A DNA stretch of 64,000 nt from Myxococcales bacterium. GTDB lineage: Bacteria; Myxococcota_A; UBA9042. Positions 1 to 8,243 of this stretch are shown here, piece after piece (within the stretch, counting starts at the first letter, position 1; each line of letters opens with the position of its first letter). The stretch is taken from NCBI GenBank assembly GCA_947491025.1, contig CANLIC010000002.1, forward strand, positions 128,285 to 192,284, given 5' to 3'. The notes under the pieces are model-generated. The model was not told the origin of the DNA. It did not search any database and worked only from the letters and a program-made list of their open reading frames with translations. The position numbers and the translations under genes are program-made.

Positions 1-1862
1 GAGCAGGTGTTGCCCGTGCCGGTGCAGCCGCGGAAGGCCTGCCGCTGCTGAAGCTGCTTGCCGTCGGCGCTGCACTGGTACTCGGTCGCCTTCACGGCGT
101 CGTCGCACTTGGTCTTGCCGGGCAGGATCTTGCCGGCCTTGGCGTCGCAGCAGACCCCGCTTGTGCACTTGCAAGCGATGGCGACGCTCCAGTCGGTGGT
201 GCTGGTGCTCGGCGAGCAAGCGAGGCAAGCGTCTGCCGGGTTCTTGATGCCCGAGGCCACGCAGGTGTTGCCGATCTTGCAGGAGCCAGCCTTCACGGTC
301 GCCTTGCACTGGCCGGTGGTGGCGTCGCACACGGCGGTCTCGCAGTCCGAAGGCGCCTTGCAGGTCTTGGCGGTGTTGCTGCAGGTGTTGTCGCCGTTGC
401 AAGAGTCGACGGTGCAGGCGTTGCCATCGTTGCACTCGGAGTCGAAGACGCAGCAGGCGGCCTTGGTCGCGTTCTGGCACTTGCCGGCGTCACAGGTGTC
501 GGTCGTGCAAGGGTTGCCGTCGTCGCAGCCCTTGGCGTCGGTGCAGGCCTTGCCGCCGCCCTCGGCCTTGCAGATCGGGGGCTTGTCCTTGGCCTCGAGG
601 GTGCACTTCTGGCCCTCACCGCAGGTCTGAATCGTCGACCACGAGGTCCACGATTGGAACTTGGCGTCCTTGCTGCAGGTGGCGGCGGCTACGCCATCGC
701 AGCCCTCGTAGGACTGGCGCTTCTGGGCGGCGGCGCCGTCGCACTGGTACTCGACGGCGAGCGCGACGCTGCCGCACGAGGCCCCGGCGGGCTTGACGCC
801 TTTGGCGGCCTGGTCACAGCAGACACCCTCGGTGCAGCAGTTGGCCTTGGGCGCGTAGGAGCAGGTGCCGGCCTTGGCGTCGCAGGTCCCGACCTTGCAG
901 TCCTCGCTCGAGGTGCAGTCGGCGTTGACCTTGCAGCAGTCGGCCTTGGGGGTGCCGACGCAGACGCCCTTGTCGTCGCAGGCATCCGCGCTGGTGCAGG
1001 CGCTGCCGTCGTCGCAAGCGGTGCCGGTCTTGGGTGCGAACGCCACGGTCGACTTGGCGGGATCGCAGCTCGAGCAGGTGTTATTGGCAGGCCCCTCGCC
1101 TTTGACGTAGCACTTGCCATCGACGGCGCAGCTGTTCGGCTTGACCTTGATCTCGCACTTGCCGTCCTTGCCGCAAGTGTCGTCGGTGCAGGCCAGGCCG
1201 TCGTCGCAGTCGGCGTCCTTGGTGCAGCAGTCGTCACCGACGCAGCCGCAGACCTTGGCGATGTCGGCGCAGCAGTCACCGAAGTTGGCGCAGCCGCTGT
1301 CGCACTGGCACGCGGCGCTGGCGCTGTACTTGCCGCAGCGACCGGCGCACGAGAGCGGATCGCCGCTGCCGCCGTCGGTGCCGTCGGTGCCGTCGGCGTT
1401 GGTGGCGTCGCCGGCGGTCTCGGACCCCGAGTCCGTGCTGGTGTCTGGGCTGCCAGCGTCCGTGCCGCCGATCGCGGTGTCCTCGGGACCGGCGTCGGTG
1501 CCGCCGATGGCGGTGTCCTCGGTGCCGGCATCGGTGCCGCCGATGGCGGTGTCCTCGGTGCCGGCGTCGGTGCCGCCGATGGCGGTATCGGCCGCGTCGG
1601 TGCCCGTCGACGTGTCTGCTGCGGTCTCGCTGCCGGTGTCCTGGGCCACGGCCGAATCCGGCTTGCCGGTGCTGTCGGCCTGCACGCCGTCCGCGATCTT
1701 GGTGTCCCCGAACTGCACGTCGCCGCCCGCACCGAGATCGCCCGTGGCGTCGGCCGATGCGGCGTTGTTGCTGCCGCTGGAGGGCTCATCGCCGCAGGCG
1801 CTTACAAAGAGCAACGCCACGAGCGCTGCGACTGGGGAGACCAGCTTGATCGAATGATTCAT
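1..1862 (-). CDS. Cys-rich secreted lipoprotein, N-terminal 620 codons only. The ORF runs off the left edge, so it is absent from the ORF track.
   Basis: Hand translation of the minus strand from the ATG at 1862, with GAAGGGG just upstream. It reads MNHSIKLVSPVAALVALLFVSAC (lipobox), then acidic DTAIGGTDAGTE repeats, then SCAGRCGKYSASAACQCDSGCANFGDCCADIAKVC, then many CDDGxxCTxDxC-type units. No stop occurs before position 1. Same architecture as 28458..30251. Confidence 0.75.
   Translation of the reverse strand, partial: MNHSIKLVSPVAALVALLFVSACGDEPSSGSNNAASADATGDLGAGGDVQFGDTKIADGVQADSTGKPDSAVAQDTGSETAADTSTGTDAADTAIGGTDAGTEDTAIGGTDAGTEDTAIGGTDAGPEDTAIGGTDAGSPDTSTDSGSETAGDATNADGTDGTDGGSGDPLSCAGRCGKYSASAACQCDSGCANFGDCCADIAKVCGCVGDDCCTKDADCDDGLACTDDTCGKDGKCEIKVKPNSCAVDGKCYVKGEGPANNTCSSCDPAKSTVAFAPKTGTACDDGSACTSADACDDKGVCVGTPKADCCKVNADCTSSEDCKVGTCDAKAGTCSYAPKANCCTEGVCCDQAAKGVKPAGASCGSVALAVEYQCDGAAAQKRQSYEGCDGVAAATCSKDAKFQSWTSWSTIQTCGEGQKCTLEAKDKPPICKAEGGGKACTDAKGCDDGNPCTTDTCDAGKCQNATKAACCVFDSECNDGNACTVDSCNGDNTCSNTAKTCKAPSDCETAVCDATTGQCKATVKAGSCKIGNTCVASGIKNPADACLACSPSTSTTDWSVAIACKCTSGVCCDAKAGKILPGKTKCDDAVKATEYQCSADGKQLQQRQAFRGCTGTGNTC
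1463..1600. repeat. 36-bp tandem repeat, about 3.8 copies, inside the linker of the 1..1862 gene
   Basis: The unit tgccgccgatggcggtgtcctcggtgccggcgtcgg occurs at 1463, 1499 and 1535, with a degenerate copy at 1571. It encodes (E)DTAIGGTDAGT repeats on the minus strand. Confidence 0.85.
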
Positions 1863-2052
1863 CGACGACCCCTTCTCAACTACGCGCAAATCCATCGGTC
1901 CTGACACGCGTCGCCGCGACGATGCGGCGGTCAGGGGCCGCGGGCGCGGGAGGTTACGGGCGCGCTGGCATTTTGTCGAGGACATTTTTCGGTGACGCCG
2001 ACGCGGCGCCTCGATTGCACCGATCGGAACCGTCCACCGCAGCAGTCGTCCC

Positions 2053-3234
2053 TCAGCCGCGGTGAGGGCCGCCGCTCTCGAGAAACGCGCTCAAGCCGGG
2101 CACGTGGGCCGCGGTCTGGCGGGCCAAGCGGCGCGCCATGGCGCGGGTCTCGGCGAAGGCGCGCTCGCTCGCCCAGAGCGACTCGTAGGGCAGATCGGCC
2201 AGGACGGGACCCTCAGGTCCGGGTGGCGCCGGGGCGGCGGAGGCGACCCCGGCTTGCAGCCGACGCAGCGTGCGCTCGACCAGCGCACGATCGAGGCCGG
2301 CACGCGCCGGCAATCCCATCGGCAGCACGGCCTCCACCAGCTCGATGGCGGCAGGTGCGGGGCACACGCCGCGTCGAACGGCGTCTTCCAACGAGCCGGC
2401 GAGGCCCGCGCCGTCGACGCGCCACGAGCCGACGAGGTCCTCGGCCACGGCCAGCACCTCGGTGGCGCCGCAGAGCTTGTCCCCGTAGAGGCTGGTGGCG
2501 ATCTGAAAGGCGTCAAAGGTCGGCACCACCCGCCCCAGGTAGCAGTCGTAGCGGGTGGGCGGCGAGCGGCTGTCGAGGTGGATGAACACGCGCTTGACGA
2601 CGTCTTCGCGCGGAAGATCGGCCAGCGCGCGCAAAATGGCGTCACGCTCATCGGGGTAGGCGTCGCAGCCGTCCAGCAGCGCGCGCAGACGGCTGGCGTC
2701 GACGCGGCGAGAGACGATGTCGGCGTAGAGGCAGTAGACCAGGGCGTCGACCTCGGCGTCGTCGCCAAAGCAGATCTCCGGCGCCGCCGCGCCTTCGGCC
2801 CGAAGCCAGGCGCGGGTCTGCAGATGCGCCAGCAGCTTGTAGGGTACCTGGGCCCGGATGCTGCGAAAGCGGCCGCGGGCGATGCGGGCCCCGAAGTCCT
2901 TGAGCTCAAGGCGATCGCAGCGGACACCGTGGAGCTGGAACATCGCCTCGATGCGCCCGCGCAGCACCGTCGGGCTGCCGCTGACGACGACAATGCGCGC
3001 GGCCCGGCGTCGCGACAGCGCGGTCATCAGCGTGCGCATGCCCGGCACCGGCAGCTTGGCCTGGGGTCGCTCGACGGCGGCGCGCCAGAGGCCGCGCAGC
3101 GAGCCAAAGTCGGTCTGGAGGTAGGTTTTGTCGAGATCCCAGCGGTAGACGACCTCGGTCGGCGGCGACGTTGGCGCCCCGGGGCTGGCTGTGGGCCCGG
3201 CTCCCCCCGGCTCGGGCGACGACTCAGGCGCCAT
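2053..3234 (-). CDS. HAD-superfamily phosphatase-like protein, possibly App1/DUF2183-like lipid phosphatase
   Basis: 393-aa ORF. It has a DxDxT motif (WDLDKTY), then VVSGSPTVLRGRIEAMF and FGDDAEVDALVY, which resemble App1-type SnSP and GDsGexDpeiY motifs. Its start overlaps the plsX stop by 11 nt. Confidence 0.6.
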   Translation of the reverse strand: MAPESSPEPGGAGPTASPGAPTSPPTEVVYRWDLDKTYLQTDFGSLRGLWRAAVERPQAKLPVPGMRTLMTALSRRRAARIVVVSGSPTVLRGRIEAMFQLHGVRCDRLELKDFGARIARGRFRSIRAQVPYKLLAHLQTRAWLRAEGAAAPEICFGDDAEVDALVYCLYADIVSRRVDASRLRALLDGCDAYPDERDAILRALADLPREDVVKRVFIHLDSRSPPTRYDCYLGRVVPTFDAFQIATSLYGDKLCGATEVLAVAEDLVGSWRVDGAGLAGSLEDAVRRGVCPAPAAIELVEAVLPMGLPARAGLDRALVERTLRRLQAGVASAAPAPPGPEGPVLADLPYESLWASERAFAETRAMARRLARQTAAHVPGLSAFLESGGPHRG

Positions 3235-4294
3235 CGCTGCCCCCTACCGCCGACCGAGGCCCAGCCAGGCGCAGCTCCGCCTCCAACTCCCGCACGAGGT
3301 CGGCATGAACACACTTGCCGGCGAGCTTGATGGCGTTGGTGATCGCTTCGACTCCGGCCTCGGGCGCGGCGACCAGCACCACGCCGTCGAGGCCGAGCAG
3401 TGGGGCGCCGCCGTATTCGCGGAACTCGGAGACCTTGCGGAGCTGCCCGACGCCGTCCGAGAGCAGGCGCAGGCCGACGCGCCAGGTCGTGCGCGCCTTC
3501 CAGGCGTAGCGTGCGGCCTCGACCGTCAGGTCGGTGATGCCTTCCAGCAGGCCGCGCACCGCTGCGCCGGTGAAGCCATCGACGACCACAACATCAGCCT
3601 GGCCGCGCGGGATGTCGATGGCCCTTACGCCGCCGATGAAGTTCAGGGCTCCGGTCGGCGCCCTCCGCAACGCGGCATGAGCGGCGACTACGGCGGAGGG
3701 CCCGGCGTCGGGGTCGGTGCTGGTCGAGAGCAGCGCCACCCGCGGCTGGCGGATGCCGGAGACGAGGCGGGCGTAGGTGCCGCCCATGACAGCGAAGCCA
3801 TGCAAGGCCTGGGCGCTGGCGGCGGCTCGGCCCGAGGTGTCGAGCAAGAGCGCCAATGGGTCGGCGTGGCCCGGCCGCGGCATGGTCGGCACCACCGCGG
3901 CCAGCGCCGGCGGTACGCCAGCGGCGAGCGCCCGTAGCCCTGCCTCCGCGCAGCGCAGCACCAGCTCGCCCGATGCCGCCGTGATGACCGCGTCGGCCTC
4001 CAGCGCCCGCACCAGCTCCATGGCGACCGGCAGCGCGACGCGCGCCGCGGCCTCCTGCGCCAGGTGGTCGCCGCTGCCTTTTCCCTGGCGCACGCCGGCG
4101 TCGACGATGCGCAGGCGCATGGGATCGTAGCTGTGGCGGCGCAGCTCAGCACCGAGACGCTCGCCGTCACCGACCAGCAGCAGGCGCGAGCGCCCATGCA
4201 GGGAGATGCCGGCGGCAGCTGCGACGAACGTCTCTGGGCCGTCGACGCCGCCCGACACCTCGACGGCAATGCGCGGCTCGCCACCCGCAACCAT
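3224..4294 (-). CDS. plsX: Phosphate acyltransferase PlsX
   Basis: 356 aa with typical PlsX blocks (GGAPLLGLDGVVLVA, NAIKLA). GGAGGGG lies upstream of the ATG at 4294. Confidence 0.85.
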   Translation of the reverse strand: MVAGGEPRIAVEVSGGVDGPETFVAAAAGISLHGRSRLLLVGDGERLGAELRRHSYDPMRLRIVDAGVRQGKGSGDHLAQEAAARVALPVAMELVRALEADAVITAASGELVLRCAEAGLRALAAGVPPALAAVVPTMPRPGHADPLALLLDTSGRAAASAQALHGFAVMGGTYARLVSGIRQPRVALLSTSTDPDAGPSAVVAAHAALRRAPTGALNFIGGVRAIDIPRGQADVVVVDGFTGAAVRGLLEGITDLTVEAARYAWKARTTWRVGLRLLSDGVGQLRKVSEFREYGGAPLLGLDGVVLVAAPEAGVEAITNAIKLAGKCVHADLVRELEAELRLAGPRSAVGGSDGA

Positions 4295-4336
4295 GGGCCC
4301 CTCCGGGTCGGATCATCGCCGTCGAGGCCGAGCCGG

Positions 4337-5584
4337 TCAATCCTGCGCGGCCCCTGCCCCGTCAGTCGGCGGCCGCAGGCGCACGCCGCTTTGGGCCACC
4401 GGCCACTGACCGAAGCGCATGTGGCGCAACATGATCGGCAGGGCGCCGTTGCGCATCGGCAAGCTCTCGAGCGGCTCCGCGCCGAAGGCCTCGAGAAAGG
4501 CCTCATGGCCGTCGACGATGTGCAGGTCGACGCCTTCGAAGGTGGCAAAGCGCTGCCCAAGCTCGCGGTAGAGCGCGACATTGTCGCCGCCGGCGAGCAG
4601 GCGCACACCGTAGGGCGGGTTGGTGATGACGACCGTGCCAGGAGGCGGCGCTTCCAGGCGCCGAGCGTCACCGCGCTCCACGCGGATGAGATCGGCGAGG
4701 CCGGATCGCTGCACCTGAATCTTGGCCGTCCGCACGGCGCCGCGATCGAAATCGAGCCCGAGCACATCGAGGCCCGCGGCGCCCGCCACGGCCTTCGCGG
4801 CGTGCGCCTGAGCGGACTCGCGCGCCTCATCGAGCAGCCGCCCAAAGAGAGGCCCGTGCCAGGGCCAACGCTCCACCGCGAAGTCGCGCCGGCGACCCGG
4901 TGCGATTCGTAGGTGATTCAGCACGGCCTCGATGAGCAAGGTGCCCGAGCCGCACATCGGATCGAGCAGCGGGCCGCCGCCGTCCCAGCCGGAGCCGAGG
5001 GCGATGGCGGCGGCGAGGTGCTCCTTCATCGGTGCTTCGGCTTCGGCGACGCGGTAACCCCGCTGGTGCAGCGGCTCACCGCAGAGATCGAGGGCGACGG
5101 TGGCGCGGTCGCCGGCAAAGCGGACGTGGACCGTCACGTCAGGATCGTCGAGATCGACGTTCGGACGCGCGCCATAGCGCTGGCGCAGGCGATCGCAGAT
5201 CGCGTCCTTTGCGCGCTGCGACGCAAAAACGTGATTGGCAATCGGCGGTCCCGACGACCGCCTGCCATGCGGCGCGTCAGGCGAGCCCGGCAAGGCCCCA
5301 CTGCAGCGCACGGCCAGCGTGTGGCGATCGTCGAGCCAATCAGGCCAGAACAGCCGTGCCAGGGACTCGTAGAAGGCGTCCGCGTCTGGGCACTCGATGT
5401 CGTCGAGGAGCAGCAGCAAGCGCGTCGCCACCCGCAGATGCACAAGGGCCTGCGCCGCCTGCGCGGGCTCCAGATCGAGCAGCACGCCGTCGCTGCGAAC
5501 CGCCAGGGGCTGAAAGCCGAGCCGGCGGCACTCGGTGGCGACAAAGCCGGCGGTGCCGGTGGCGGCGGTCGCGAGCAATTCCAT
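4337..5584 (-). CDS. THUMP-domain class I SAM-dependent RNA methyltransferase (RlmL/UPF0020-like)
   Basis: 415 aa. It has an N-terminal THUMP-like region, DPMCGSGTLLIEA (SAM motif I) and VITNPPYG (catalytic NPPY motif). Confidence 0.8.
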   Translation of the reverse strand: MELLATAATGTAGFVATECRRLGFQPLAVRSDGVLLDLEPAQAAQALVHLRVATRLLLLLDDIECPDADAFYESLARLFWPDWLDDRHTLAVRCSGALPGSPDAPHGRRSSGPPIANHVFASQRAKDAICDRLRQRYGARPNVDLDDPDVTVHVRFAGDRATVALDLCGEPLHQRGYRVAEAEAPMKEHLAAAIALGSGWDGGGPLLDPMCGSGTLLIEAVLNHLRIAPGRRRDFAVERWPWHGPLFGRLLDEARESAQAHAAKAVAGAAGLDVLGLDFDRGAVRTAKIQVQRSGLADLIRVERGDARRLEAPPPGTVVITNPPYGVRLLAGGDNVALYRELGQRFATFEGVDLHIVDGHEAFLEAFGAEPLESLPMRNGALPIMLRHMRFGQWPVAQSGVRLRPPTDGAGAAQD

Positions 5585-5656
5585 GGCGAGTATCTTCCCG
5601 TGCCGTGGCAGACCAGCGGCTCTGCTGCAGACGCGCTGGCCCTCTCGGCCGGCAGA

Positions 5657-8044
5657 TCAGGCGATGGCGGCCGGCGGCGAAGCGGGCGGCGGGCGCTCGG
5701 CCCAGGCCGAGGGCGGCGTCTCGAGGGCGTGCTCGAGCACCTCTTCGATGCGCGAGACGAACACGATCTCGAGGAGATCACGCGCGCTCTGGGGGATGTC
5801 GCGCAGGTCACGGCGGTTGCGCTCGGGCAAGATCACCTTCTTGATGCCGCCGCGTTGCGCAGCCAGCACCTTGTCCTTGATGCCGCCAACCGGCAGCACC
5901 AACCCGCGCAGCGTCGCCTCGCCCGTCATCGCGACGTCGCCGCGGACGCGGACGCCCGAGAGCAGCGAGACGAGGGCGGTGTACATGGTCACGCCGGCCG
6001 AGGGGCCATCCTTCGGGATGCCACCTGCAGGGAAGTGGACGTGGATGTCCTGCTCCTCAAAGGCGCTGCGCAAGATGCCGTAGCTGCTGGCGTTGGACTC
6101 GACGAGCGACAGGGCGATCTGCGCCGACTCCTTCATGACGTCGCCGAGCTGGCCGGTGAGGCGCATCTTGCCCTTGCCCGGCATGACCGTCGCCTCGATG
6201 AAGAGCAGGTCGCCGCCGGTCCGCGTCCAGGCCATGCCCGTCGCGACGCCGGGGCGCTCGGTGCGCTCGGCGACGTCGGGCAGAAAGCGCGGCGGGCCCA
6301 AGATCTCGTCGAGGTCGTCGTCGTTGACCACCTTCTGCGGGTACTCGGCCTTGACGACGCCGACAGCGACGCGCCGACAGACATCGGCGATGCGACGCTC
6401 GAGCGTGCGAACGCCGGCCTCGCGCGTGTAGCTCTGGATGACCTTCTCCATGATGTCGTTGGTCACCTGGCACTGCTCGGCGCTCAGCCCGTGCGCCTTG
6501 AGCTGCTTGGTCAGCAGGTGCGAGCGCGCGATGTTCATCTTCTCTTCGAAGGTGTAGCCCGAGAGTTCGATGAGCTCCATGCGATCCAGGAGCGGCGCCG
6601 GGATCGTGTCCGTCGTGTTGGCGGTGGCGATGAAGAGCACCTTCGACAGATCGTACGGCGTATCGAGGTAGTGATCGGTGAAGGTGTTGTTCTGCTCGGG
6701 GTCCAGCACCTCGAGCATGGCCGCGGTGGGATCGCCACGCCAGTCGTGGGTCAGCTTGTCGACCTCGTCGAGCATCATCACGGGGTTGGCCGAGCCCGCC
6801 TTCTTCAGCGACATGACGATCTTGCCGGGCATGGCGCCGATGTAGGTGCGGCGGTGGCCCCGAATCTCGGCCTCATCGCGCACGCCGCCGAGGCTGATGC
6901 GCTGGAACTTGCGACCGAGCGCCTCGGCCACCGACTGGCCGAGCGAGGTCTTGCCGACGCCGGGCGGTCCGACCAGGCACAGGATCGGGCCCCGCATGTC
7001 GTCTTTGAGCTTGGTGACGGCGAGGTACTCGATGATGCGCCGTTTGATGCGCTCGAGGCCCCAGTGCTTGGCGTCGAGGATCTCCTGGGCGTGATCGAGG
7101 TCGAGGTTGTCGGTCGTCGTGCGGCTCCACGGCAGATCGGCGAACCACTCGAGGTAGGTCCGCGCCACGGTGTACTCGGGGCTGCCCTGCTGGATCGTCC
7201 GCAGGCGCTTCAGCTCCTTGGCCGCGATCTTCTGCGCCTCCTCGGAGAGCCCGACCTTGTGCAGTCGCTCCTCGAGCTCGGCCAGCTCGTCGCCTTCGCC
7301 GCCTTCGAGATCGCCGAGCTCCTTCTGAATGGCCTTGAGCTGCTTGCGGAGCACGTACTCGCGCTGGCTCTTGTTCAGCTCGCCCTTGACCTCGCTGTTG
7401 ATGCGCTGGCTGATGCGCAAGATCTCGACCTGCTGCATCACCAGCTGCAGCGTCTTGTTCAGCATCTCGCCGACGTCGCCCGCCTCGAGCACCTCGACCT
7501 TCTCTTCGACCGAGACGCCGAGGTGGGTCAGGAGCAGGTAGACGAGGCGCGAGGGCTGCTCAAACTCTTCGTTCAAGTCCGATGCGTTGATCGGCAGCTC
7601 CGGGACCATGCCGAGCAGCTCTTGCGCTGCCTCGCGGACGCTGTGGACCAGGGCTTCGACCTTGGCCTCACTGCGCGACACCTCGGGCAGCAGCTCGATC
7701 TCACCCGTCAGGTAGGGCTCCTCAGACTCGAAGCGCTTGACGCGGAACCGGTCTACGCCGCGGATGACGACGTGAAACGTGTCCGGTCCGTTGCGCAGCA
7801 CCTTGATGAGCTGCCCTGTGCAGCCCGCCCAGTAGAGGTCGTCCGGCTTTGGGTTGTCGATCGACTTGTCGCGCTGCGCCACGACGCCGACGATAGCCGC
7901 CTTGCGGTCACCGATGCTCTCCAGCAGGCGAATCGACTTCCCCCTGCCGATGACGACCGGCATCACCGCGCCAGGAAAGAGCACCGCGTTGCGCAGGGCC
8001 AGGATGGGCATCGAGGGCAGCGCTTGGACCTTGGACTCGCTCAT
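5657..8044 (-). CDS. lon: ATP-dependent Lon protease
   Basis: GPPGVGKTSLGQS Walker A, a Lon N-terminal domain (LPILALRNAVLFPG) and a C-terminal protease domain (PKDGPSAGVTM). The start is moved to the ATG at 8044 (MSESKV), preceded by GGAGGAGG. The track start at 8188 adds an implausible extension. Confidence 0.95.
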   Translation of the reverse strand: MSESKVQALPSMPILALRNAVLFPGAVMPVVIGRGKSIRLLESIGDRKAAIVGVVAQRDKSIDNPKPDDLYWAGCTGQLIKVLRNGPDTFHVVIRGVDRFRVKRFESEEPYLTGEIELLPEVSRSEAKVEALVHSVREAAQELLGMVPELPINASDLNEEFEQPSRLVYLLLTHLGVSVEEKVEVLEAGDVGEMLNKTLQLVMQQVEILRISQRINSEVKGELNKSQREYVLRKQLKAIQKELGDLEGGEGDELAELEERLHKVGLSEEAQKIAAKELKRLRTIQQGSPEYTVARTYLEWFADLPWSRTTTDNLDLDHAQEILDAKHWGLERIKRRIIEYLAVTKLKDDMRGPILCLVGPPGVGKTSLGQSVAEALGRKFQRISLGGVRDEAEIRGHRRTYIGAMPGKIVMSLKKAGSANPVMMLDEVDKLTHDWRGDPTAAMLEVLDPEQNNTFTDHYLDTPYDLSKVLFIATANTTDTIPAPLLDRMELIELSGYTFEEKMNIARSHLLTKQLKAHGLSAEQCQVTNDIMEKVIQSYTREAGVRTLERRIADVCRRVAVGVVKAEYPQKVVNDDDLDEILGPPRFLPDVAERTERPGVATGMAWTRTGGDLLFIEATVMPGKGKMRLTGQLGDVMKESAQIALSLVESNASSYGILRSAFEEQDIHVHFPAGGIPKDGPSAGVTMYTALVSLLSGVRVRGDVAMTGEATLRGLVLPVGGIKDKVLAAQRGGIKKVILPERNRRDLRDIPQSARDLLEIVFVSRIEEVLEHALETPPSAWAERPPPASPPAAIA

Positions 8045-8243
8045 GGGGCCTCCTCCACCGCTCGCGGCAGCCAAGCCCGGCCTTGCTTGGCGTGTGATGT
8101 CTGGCCGGCACCCTGGGCTCCCAACGCTTGGTTGGGCCGTCGCCTCAGACGCTACAGAAGCACGCGCAAGGTGGGCAATCAAGGCCACGGGACCATGACA
8201 CGCGCGTCAGGCAGGCGATGGTGGAGCGCAGAGCCATGCGCCC

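Noticed and set aside
654-1904. 416-aa plus ORF and 366-aa minus ORF (689..1789) at the left end
   Set aside because: Both are the wrong frame or strand of the real left-edge gene. That gene is unlisted in the track because it lacks an in-window stop. Both translate to Ala/Gly or Pro/Ala/Arg/Thr low complexity.
8045-8243. Sigma54-type promoter upstream of lon (TGGCCTTGATTGC on the minus strand)
   Set aside because: The GG-to-GC spacing is two bases shorter than the TGGCAC-N5-TTGC consensus, so this is not a credible -24/-12 element.
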